Virus record (IMG/VR): IMGVR_UViG_3300033069_001185
Coordinates: 1 to 64,000 of that record
DNA from: a virus
Taxonomy: Duplodnaviria > Caudoviricetes
DNA length: 64,000 nucleotides
Direction: 5' to 3' (one strand)
The position numbers and the translations under genes were made by a program. Under the pieces are notes generated by a model. The model saw only the letters and a program-made list of their open reading frames with translations, searched no databases and was not told the DNA's origin. Below are positions 37,332 to 46,500 of the stretch, in pieces (position 1 is the first letter of the stretch; each line of letters begins with the position of its first letter).

Positions 37332-39269
37332 ATGACAAACTCATTTAACGTTCTTAACGATTTCAAAGGTGGAACGGACAGCTATGTCTCTACCAGTCCG
37401 TTCTGGATTGTCGCCATCTATCGATTAAGAAACCCAAATACATTTAATCGTAAATGGAAATCCGGCGTAGGTTCCATCCCGGACGGTGTAGACATTTTCA
37501 GCAAGCCTTTGATATTATCAGACAGTTGTCCCCAAATATCAATATCTTCAACCAAATCCAGACCGATCACTTCCTTACAGGGATTGCTATATCCTACAGA
37601 AGACTTTCTAAAGAAAATCTTCCCCGGCGATTACGCATTTGCTTGGATGATGAATAACAAAGAAACATATGATTCCGTACTTGAAAGATTGAATAGAAAT
37701 GAGGCTTGTAATTTTTTTACAGACGGGTTTAAATTTTTTGGCAAAATTGAAAGCATTCGGAAGCAAATTGTACAAAATCCAGAAGGACACAAAATGTCCC
37801 GGTACTCATTCAACGCTACCGGGTTCTCCGAATTTGACAATACACTTTTCTACGACCCATATCTAGCAGAAAAGACTCCAGAATTGGGGACATATTTTGG
37901 CAAACTAGGTACAGAGTTAAACTCTATCATTGCCAACAACGGCCTCGGCATAAGCGTAACTCGGGCCATTCCCGTTCTGGTCGATCTTCTCATGGGCAGC
38001 GGAGTTCCGTCGAATCTGGCCAGAGGCAATACAGATCCCGCGCTACGTTCTACTGCTGGCTTGGAAGGCGAATATTCATATATCCTGCCAAAGTCTATTG
38101 GGGCAGTTATGGGCAAGACTCTCAGCTCCAAGAACGGGGGCGTCATGGCATATGCAGACCTTCTTGAAATGATCTATGGAATCCAAAAATATTCCGACTC
38201 ACAAATAATCAGCATAGACCTAGACGAAATCGGCTTGGCAGCAAATGGGAAAAAATCCCAAAACCTTTATCGAGAGAAACATCTAGGAAGGCCGTTCACT
38301 CCAGACGGCACCGGAGATGAGTCAAGCCGCAGGTTCACTGGTATTGAAATGCTTGGAACGTTTACTCCAGATAATCCACAATTTTTCAATACCAGTATCT
38401 GGAATATCTTAAGACAGTATCTCAATCCTGTCGTGAATGAAATGTACGTCACATTACGGGTTAATAATTCTGGACGTGTAGTCCCTACGCTAGTCCTAAG
38501 ACAACACCCATATACCACAAACAGATATACCGGGGATCTGGAAGTTACCAAATTCGACAATCTACCTCGTTGGATCATACCTGATGTTTTGATAAAATCG
38601 ATAGATCTCGGTAGAAGTGACGCATTGCGTGTGAATTTTGTCCATACATACGGTTCGAATCAGGCCAATGGTTCTCGTGGCATGTCTGAACAAATAGTCC
38701 AGAACCCACCAGTAAGGGACGATATTGATATAGCAAGAAGCGGTTTCAGGCCTTACATGCAATCCGTCCCTTGCTCAATAAGCGATACCCGCAGTAGTTC
38801 TAATGGTAGGGGCCAGCCAGCCAAGTGGATGGAAATCCTATCCGACTTCACGATGGGGCAGCACTTGACGCTTACTGGCAGTATCAATACAGTTGGAATA
38901 CAATCCCCTATATGCATAGGAGACAACATTGAGTACGATGGGGCATTGTTCCATATTGAATCTGTTACTCATACATGCTCTGAATCTTCAGACGGGAAAA
39001 AGGATTTCTCTACGACTCTACAACTGAGCCACGGAGTAAGCGCCTCTATACCAAACAACGACTTTCAGATCTATGCAAATGTTGAAGGCACTCCGTCATT
39101 AACTACCAACGACCCCGCCGTAAACACTGACGGCTTTAGCGCAAGCGAAGATACGGAGACTTATGGTACATTAATCGAGCCTGTTCAAACAGACTTTTCG
39201 GTTGACGCAGAGCCGCCCGCTGAGGATAAAAGGTTGGGTAATAGCCGTAAGTTCCCGGAGTTTAAATAA
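37332..39269 (+). CDS. baseplate hub protein (gp27/gpD-like)
   Basis: C-terminal G...I.IGDNI...F.IESV.H...F.T.L.L..G. Confidence 0.7.
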   Translation: MTNSFNVLNDFKGGTDSYVSTSPFWIVAIYRLRNPNTFNRKWKSGVGSIPDGVDIFSKPLILSDSCPQISISSTKSRPITSLQGLLYPTEDFLKKIFPGDYAFAWMMNNKETYDSVLERLNRNEACNFFTDGFKFFGKIESIRKQIVQNPEGHKMSRYSFNATGFSEFDNTLFYDPYLAEKTPELGTYFGKLGTELNSIIANNGLGISVTRAIPVLVDLLMGSGVPSNLARGNTDPALRSTAGLEGEYSYILPKSIGAVMGKTLSSKNGGVMAYADLLEMIYGIQKYSDSQIISIDLDEIGLAANGKKSQNLYREKHLGRPFTPDGTGDESSRRFTGIEMLGTFTPDNPQFFNTSIWNILRQYLNPVVNEMYVTLRVNNSGRVVPTLVLRQHPYTTNRYTGDLEVTKFDNLPRWIIPDVLIKSIDLGRSDALRVNFVHTYGSNQANGSRGMSEQIVQNPPVRDDIDIARSGFRPYMQSVPCSISDTRSSSNGRGQPAKWMEILSDFTMGQHLTLTGSINTVGIQSPICIGDNIEYDGALFHIESVTHTCSESSDGKKDFSTTLQLSHGVSASIPNNDFQIYANVEGTPSLTTNDPAVNTDGFSASEDTETYGTLIEPVQTDFSVDAEPPAEDKRLGNSRKFPEFK

Positions 39270-39271
39270 AA

Positions 39272-40345
39272 ATGGCAAATATTCTTCCAGATGGCACCGT
39301 AGTGCCAAGCTATTTTTCGACAGAGCCCAAAGGTACTTATCGGCCAAATCAAAACCAGAACAATGTTCCGTTGCGGGTTGGTGAAGTTAGAAGCATCGTG
39401 TATCCATCAGATCCTTTGTCTGTATCAAAAAGATACGTGGAATATACAGTGGCCGTATTCCATCAAGAAGGAGACTCTCCTGTCACTACCACTATGTATA
39501 ATGGATGTACAGTCACAAATCTGTTTGGCGGGTTTGCTGACGAACTGTCTTACACCCTTCGTTCAGACAATCAGCCTGCTGAGGGAGTCGGCGTAGGATC
39601 TAAAGTATTGATACTATGCGTTAATGGAACAACCTCCGATGCTTTCATTGTCGGGGGAATACGTGATGTTAATACAGGACGAGATAACGACCTAGATCAC
39701 CAAAGCGAAGGCCACAACCTTTTCTTTGAATTCAATGGCATACAGTTTGCTATCAATAATGATGGCGAAATGAAACTAACATTCCGTGGAGCAACAAAGA
39801 CCGATTCTACCCTCAGGGACGATGCAGTCCCCAGTGCTGAAGGCAGTTATATTCAAATAGATCGGCAGGGCAGTATCAAAATAGCTACGCCAAGCGAAGA
39901 CCAGTTCATAACTGTAGATCACCAGAATAGAAAGATTGAAATACAGGCCCAAAGTCAATGGAATACCGTTGTTCATGGCGAAACGAATCTAACGGCTGAC
40001 GGTTTTGTTAACATTAGATCTGCCGGTGTTCATGTTGGCGATGCTACGAATCACTGGATGCTTGGAGACACTTATAGGACTGCGGAATCTACCCTAAACA
40101 ATACTCTTGCCGGACAGGCAACGGCACTTTCAGCTTTAATGGCTACGGCTGGTTCTGCTCTTACTACTGCTACTCCGCTGAATGCTATTCCAATTATCGG
40201 TGGAGTGCTGGCTGCTGCCCCACTAGCTATCGCGGCTAGCGCACTCACGGCGGCTGCTCCGATTCACGCTTCAATCTCGGCTGCAACTTCAGCATTCGAA
40301 GCCGCTGCTCCGACCTATCTCTCTACCAAAAACCTCAACGACTAA
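39272..40345 (+). CDS. baseplate central spike (gp5/gpV-like)
   Basis: OB-fold-like G..VLI..VNG...IVGG, beta-helix repeats, hydrophobic tail. Confidence 0.7.
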   Translation: MANILPDGTVVPSYFSTEPKGTYRPNQNQNNVPLRVGEVRSIVYPSDPLSVSKRYVEYTVAVFHQEGDSPVTTTMYNGCTVTNLFGGFADELSYTLRSDNQPAEGVGVGSKVLILCVNGTTSDAFIVGGIRDVNTGRDNDLDHQSEGHNLFFEFNGIQFAINNDGEMKLTFRGATKTDSTLRDDAVPSAEGSYIQIDRQGSIKIATPSEDQFITVDHQNRKIEIQAQSQWNTVVHGETNLTADGFVNIRSAGVHVGDATNHWMLGDTYRTAESTLNNTLAGQATALSALMATAGSALTTATPLNAIPIIGGVLAAAPLAIAASALTAAAPIHASISAATSAFEAAAPTYLSTKNLND

Positions 40346-40352
40346 GCCCATT

Positions 40353-40952
40353 ATGCCAATCAAAGTCAGACCATCGGAACAAACGCTGCTTGATACTATA
40401 GGATCGGAGTTCAACGATATCAATAGTAATGGGCTACAGGTTCAGCCCTCGACTGCATATGCGGCTACCGTATATCCCATTTCCGGCTATGCGGCAAGTG
40501 TTCCTCCAGCTTCTGCCAATGAGACGAAAGTCAAAGACGGTGCCAAAGGTATGATGGCTTCGCTGATCAGACACACCGCCCCTCTTCTGGATTCTGGCGA
40601 AACGCTGTCTCCAAGTATCAGCTTCACTGGCACTGCGACTAATCTTCTCGTCAAGGTCCTGTCAGAAAGCCTTGAAGTTCAAAGAAAAGTATTGATTTCA
40701 GCCAATTTTAGTGCTGTTTCTGACTCTACCAATACTCGATTGGACTATTGGATTGATGTAAACGGCGTTTCTACCTCAGTTTACAAGTTTTTCTTCAACA
40801 ACGCCACACACCACGAGAACATTTCAGGCAGTTGGGTAGTCACACTACCTATCGGTGCGGTCACCATTACGCTTAAAGCAATTCGAGGGTCTGGTTCTGG
40901 GACTTTAAGCCTCAATTCCGATGACTTTGTAGCAATAACTCTGGCAGGATAA
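40353..40952 (+). CDS. virion structural protein
   Basis: beta-rich, within baseplate cluster. Confidence 0.5.
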   Translation: MPIKVRPSEQTLLDTIGSEFNDINSNGLQVQPSTAYAATVYPISGYAASVPPASANETKVKDGAKGMMASLIRHTAPLLDSGETLSPSISFTGTATNLLVKVLSESLEVQRKVLISANFSAVSDSTNTRLDYWIDVNGVSTSVYKFFFNNATHHENISGSWVVTLPIGAVTITLKAIRGSGSGTLSLNSDDFVAITLAG

Positions 40953-40963
40953 TCTTTTTGATA
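40950..40963 (+). promoter_or_regulatory. putative late promoter, predicted +1 is A of ATG
   Basis: TAATCT-N6-T-ATG. Confidence 0.75.
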
Positions 40964-43485
40964 TGAGTGAACGAGAAAACAAAGCCGGGTCTAATGGCGT
41001 AATCACTACGCAGGCCGTACTGAATCGATCGACGGTTACGTTTATCAATCAGCCGACGGGTACAGCTAGGTTTCCAGAAAAAGACGTTTCGCTTTTCGAA
41101 AAGGCCGAAATCCAAGGCAATCGCTGGAATAAAAAGTACCCATACCAGCTTGTAGTTGTCAAGAAGCTTGAGAAAAACGCTGGTTATGCGCGGACTTCTA
41201 CTCAGTTTACACTACCGATTCCGCCACAGCAACTCGATATTGATATGCCGTTTGCGATTACCACCTCAGCCACCTTGGGTGGTGTCGTGGAAGAGCACAA
41301 CGGTGCGCCTTTCCGTATGATCTCCATGTCGGGAACTACGGGGGTTCTACCGCTTAAAGGCTCTGCCGGTGTTGCGCAAAGCCTTAACCCGATCCAATCG
41401 GTGTTCGCCGGTACTAGTCAGGCGATTGGGCGCGTAGCAAGTTCTGTATCAAAAATTGTCAATTCAACAGAACCGAATGTGGTTCCGGATTCTGAGTTTG
41501 AAGTAATCAACTCCGATATCAATACCACGTCTGGGTACTATCAGTTCCACTTATTGCGAACGTTCCTTGAAAACTACGCAAATAAGAAAAAGACTATTGA
41601 AGGTAGAGACTTTCGGCTGGCTTTGTGTCTATGGAAAGACAACAGCGTTTACCTAGTAACGCCCATGAACTTCCGCCTGTCCAGAGGTGTTGCATCTCCG
41701 TTCGAATATCAATATTCACTACAATTCAAAGCGTTTGCAAGAATCAATCTTGAGACTACCGATTACGATCAGACCCACAGTCCAATCGGCAGAGACCCCG
41801 GAGCCTTGGCTGCGATTATCAATAAAATTGACGCAGCAAGACAAGTCCTCTCAGCTAGTAGCAATGTTCTGTCTGCTGTACGATCTGACAGTAACAATGC
41901 CCTCTTCGAACCGGTTCGTCAAGTTGTTCTAGGGCTGAAAGATATTGCCGGTATTGCTCAGAAGGTCATCGATCTACCAGCCAATATAGTAATAGATACA
42001 ATGAAATCAACTCTGGAGACTATCAATAGTACCAGCGGTATTTCTCTACAGACTCAGTGGCCGAATGCAACAATCGATGAGTTGAGACAAATGCTTGATC
42101 TTGCAGTCAACTCTTCAATTTCTGAAACCAAGTCTGGGCTTATGTCTGGAGACGAGGGACAACAGTTTTCAGATCGTACAGCTATTTCTAGATCACCCAA
42201 CCCAATCGTTTCCAGCTACAAAAATCCTAACAAGATTTATGGGCTTCTGTCAAGTATTGATATATCGCAATTGAAGCTGTCTCCGGCCATCCAACAGAAA
42301 ATCAATCAAGAAAAATTCAAAGCCAGAAACCAAACACGCAAAGACTTTGAAAACACCAGAGATTCTGTTCTCACGGTAATGACCGACTATGCAGAAGCTG
42401 TAGGTCTGGGTAACGAAACCTATAACAATACTTTCGGTATTACCACGAAACAATCAACTGTCAACAAAGTAGCAACCGACGAAGATATCGAGCTTTTGTT
42501 TCATCTAAACGAAATGGTTCTTGAACTTAACAAGCTTTGTGTCTCGAACAAGATGGATCCGGCACGTATTGATACTCTTCAATTCGTTGCAGGACTTGCT
42601 TCAGGATCCGGCATTGCATTTAATGTGCCAGCTTCCAAATATTCCGTTCCGTACCTTTATAACCATACGCTTGAGCAAATGGCGGACAAATATCTCGGTG
42701 ATCCAAACCGATGGATCGAAATCGCGACTCTAAACGGTCTGCAAGAGCCATATGTGGACGAAACAGGTTTTGATATTGACCTGTTGGTCAATGGATATAG
42801 CAATTCTATTGAAGTCGCAGACTCAAGCAATTTGTACATTGGCCAGCCGGTTTATATTTCGAGCTTGACGGAAAACAATGAGTCCCGTCGCATTACAGGC
42901 ATTGCCAAGATATCCGAAAGCCAATGGGTCATTACTCTGAGTGGTGATGGAGATCTAGACAGATTTAAGGTTGCAGATAAAAGCAAAATCCATGCCTACT
43001 TGCCCAACACCGTAAATAGCCAGATGTCTATTTACATTCCTTCTGACGAGCCCACGGAAGAGGACGACTGGAAAACAAAGCAGATCGAAGGCGTGGATTA
43101 CTTTGACAGCCTGATTCGTGTGGGTGGCATTTCGTTGCTTCTATCACCAACGAACGATATTGTTTTTGATAGTAATGGCTCAAAACTTGCAGTCGGGCTA
43201 ACGAATATTGTTCAAAAGGCTAAGATCGCCCTTTCTACTCCTCGTGGAGCTTTACTACACCATAAATCCTATGGCTTGCCCGTTCAGGTTGGTCAATCAA
43301 CGGCAGACGTTTCGGCTCAGGACATCCTACAGGCCGTACAGCAGATGTTTGAAGGAGATCGTACATTCAGTGGAGTTACTGGAATTACCGTACTAAAGAG
43401 TGGGCCGTCTACCCAGATTACTGCCAATATCGGTATTTCTGGAGTACAGAAGAATATACCAATATCTGTGAACATTCAAAGATAA
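40963..43485 (+). CDS. fused baseplate protein: tube-initiator-like, LysM-like and gp25-like regions
   Basis: LPIPP...I.MSGTTG; TLEQMADKYLGDPNRW.EIA.LN; G..NI.Q...L.TP.G.L..H..YG. Confidence 0.65.
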   Translation: MSERENKAGSNGVITTQAVLNRSTVTFINQPTGTARFPEKDVSLFEKAEIQGNRWNKKYPYQLVVVKKLEKNAGYARTSTQFTLPIPPQQLDIDMPFAITTSATLGGVVEEHNGAPFRMISMSGTTGVLPLKGSAGVAQSLNPIQSVFAGTSQAIGRVASSVSKIVNSTEPNVVPDSEFEVINSDINTTSGYYQFHLLRTFLENYANKKKTIEGRDFRLALCLWKDNSVYLVTPMNFRLSRGVASPFEYQYSLQFKAFARINLETTDYDQTHSPIGRDPGALAAIINKIDAARQVLSASSNVLSAVRSDSNNALFEPVRQVVLGLKDIAGIAQKVIDLPANIVIDTMKSTLETINSTSGISLQTQWPNATIDELRQMLDLAVNSSISETKSGLMSGDEGQQFSDRTAISRSPNPIVSSYKNPNKIYGLLSSIDISQLKLSPAIQQKINQEKFKARNQTRKDFENTRDSVLTVMTDYAEAVGLGNETYNNTFGITTKQSTVNKVATDEDIELLFHLNEMVLELNKLCVSNKMDPARIDTLQFVAGLASGSGIAFNVPASKYSVPYLYNHTLEQMADKYLGDPNRWIEIATLNGLQEPYVDETGFDIDLLVNGYSNSIEVADSSNLYIGQPVYISSLTENNESRRITGIAKISESQWVITLSGDGDLDRFKVADKSKIHAYLPNTVNSQMSIYIPSDEPTEEDDWKTKQIEGVDYFDSLIRVGGISLLLSPTNDIVFDSNGSKLAVGLTNIVQKAKIALSTPRGALLHHKSYGLPVQVGQSTADVSAQDILQAVQQMFEGDRTFSGVTGITVLKSGPSTQITANIGISGVQKNIPISVNIQR

Positions 43486-43496
43486 TCTTTAGTCTA
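43483..43496 (+). promoter_or_regulatory. putative late promoter
   Basis: TAATCT-N6-TA overlapping stop. Confidence 0.7.
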
Positions 43497-43538
43497 GGTT
43501 GGTTTTGATATAATTCCGCCCCAAGGACCCATCGAATC

Positions 43539-46500
43539 ATGGCAAGTGTTCCTACACCCAAATCTTTCAATCAAATTCTAGGAGACGCGCTAGACGCGCT
43601 CACTAGTCGATTGGGCATTCCCAAATTGCCGCCCGGCGATCCTATTCTGTCTATTCTGGAAGCGACCAGCCAGTCAGACTTCAGAACCTCTCAGGACATT
43701 TTTCAACTGCTCAACTCAATCGTACTTGACCGTGCGACGGGATTGGCTTTGGACAGAATCGCTGCTGATGAAGATTTAGCTCGGTATTCAGAAAGCCCCG
43801 CGACCGGTACTGTAACCATCTCTGATACTTCTTTCGAAAAGAAACAGAGCACTATTTTCCAAGGACTTTCTGCTCCTGCTGTGGGCTCGACGACTATCAA
43901 TGTCGTATCTGCTCTCGGCTGGCCCGGCACTGGCAATATTTATATTGGCAGAGGTACTACCGAATATGAAGGTCCAATACCATATTCCAGCATTGTTGAC
44001 AATGGTACTTATTGGACTATCAATTTAACTACCAATACTACAAAATACCATAACCTAGGATCGGGCGTTGTTCTGGCTCAGGGCGGCAATCGACAGATCG
44101 CTTCCGGGACTGTGGTGCAAACTCCACAGGGCAATGCTGGTACGGCAGTTCAATTCACCGTTCAATATACCGCCGTTATTCCTGATGGCGAAACCGAAAT
44201 TACTTCTGTCCAAGTTGTAGCGAAGAAGCCGGGAGTAATCGGCAATGCTTCCGCAAACTCGGTGAATTCATTCACAAGTGCTCCCTTCACTGGTGCTGCC
44301 GTTAACAATACGACTCCATATACCAATGGACGAGCCACCGAAGAAGACAATACTTTTAGAGAAAGAATCCGTACCGCGAGACAGTCAAAGCAAAAGGGCA
44401 TAGCTCTTGCAATCAAGAGTGGTGTGATTGGTGCTGTTGCTACTGACGAGAACCGCAGAATTCTGTCTTCGTCTTTGGTGGCAAGAGAAGGTTATCCAAC
44501 GACCCTGTATATTGACGACGGCTCGGGCTACGAAGAGAAAACCCAAGGTACTCCTTTCGAAGTGATCGTTGACTCAGCTTTGGGTGGCGAACGCTATTTT
44601 GATTTGGCCGAAGGTCGTCCTGTAACAAAAGCCTTTGCCACCACTAGCCTATCAGCCCCTTTTATTTTACAGCCAAATGCACAATTAGCCGTCAAGGTCG
44701 GTGGTAAAACGTACATTCACAGCTTTACCTCGACATCATTCCGGTCTATTGATAGCGCAACGGCATACGAAGTGGCAGCGTCTATCAACTCCAACCCAGC
44801 GCTTGGGTTTAATGCTAGAACGATTGAAAACGGCAAAAGAGTATCGTTGTTTGCCGTAGCCGACACAGGCGAAGACATTGAAGTTGTTGCCCCAGTGCAA
44901 GGATCAATTGATGCCAATATATATCTTGGCTTTCCTACCGGTGCCAACAATACCCTAAGACTCTACAAAAACGACGTTCTATTATCAAAAGACGGCTCAA
45001 TTGCCAGTATCGCTTCTAACCCCCAATCAGCTTGGGGCTCAACCTCTGATGGAGAAACTCTGTCTATTGTGGTTGATGGGACTCCGGCCTTTACCGTTAC
45101 TATCAATGATTCAGATTTCGTCAACGCCGGAACTCCTTATAATACCGTTGTCTCTACGAACAGTACAGATAGCTGGGCCAAAGTATTGAATTACCTGATT
45201 CCCGGCGTAACCGCAACTGCGAACTCTGGAATTGTAACAATAACTTCGAACCTAGGGAAAACCTCAAGGGCTTCTGTAGAAATCCTCGCCGGTAGTTCTC
45301 TGGTTTCTAATGGGCTGTTTAATGTTTCGGTATCTCAAGGTTCTGATTCCGACTATACTCTGAACAGAAATCGCGGTCAAATCAGACTCGAAGAAGCGTT
45401 GTCTGTTGGAGATCGGCTCACGGCTGGTTCTTATGATACTCGGGCATTCATTGAAAGCGATTCGATTGGCACTATCAATCTAGGCTCAAATGCTAATTTG
45501 TGGTTTAGCGTTGACGGCAATGCCAGAATAATACCAACCGGACTATTGACGGGATCGGCTCTTGTCATTACCAGCTCTGTGACCGCTTATGGTAAGAGAG
45601 TTCGTGCAACCGCTTCCACGAGTGTTTTTGATAGTGTAAATGTATTGGACTGGATCATCATAGACGACCCAGCGCTTAGTGCGAATGCAGGTGCTTTCAA
45701 GATTGTTAGAAAATCCTCAACTTGGATTGAGTGGGAAAGAGAATCTGCGTTTGCGGGTACTGGTTCGTTTACGCTGTCTGCTGGCGGATTTACTGTTGCC
45801 AGAACGACCGATCAGATCCAAAAAGTAACAATACCTTCTGGCACTAACTATACTGCATTGACTCTTGTTGCTGCTATCAATAACTCAATTCTGGGTGCAA
45901 AAGCTTCTGTTTATAGGACTACTAAAATCCGGGTTCAGACCAACTCGTTCGCTAGTGGCAGTATTGCTCTTTTATCGGCAGATGCCGCAGGTAAGCAGCT
46001 ATTACTACCAATTGCTAGCGCTGTTGTCAATGTCGATTCTCATCTTGCCAGCGTTGTGGGTAATCCTCAGGCTGGTACTCCAAGCTTTGAGAACACTCTT
46101 AAGGCCAGTTCAACTACCGGCCCAGACAATTTTGATTCAGCAACCCTTGGTACTATCAATGAGGGACAACTCATTGTTGCCGACAAGCCAGTGAGCGACG
46201 GAATCGGTCGTGACTCCAATAGAACACACGTTAGCGCGATCGAAGATATTGCTACTAACACTATATCATTGCGGACGCCAGTTCTCAATAGCTGGCTCAC
46301 GGACGATGCGGTCTATCATGCCCGCCCGTTTGCTCTTAATCCTACTGATACTTTCGGTCTTATCATTGACTCGGAGCAAATCACCCATAGGTACAACCTG
46401 AATCTGTGGCGCAAAGTCAAGGCAACCACCAACGTCTATGGACTTACCAACGACTTCACAGATGCCGACAACGGCAATGCTTCTTTGGCTAGCGCTTTCG

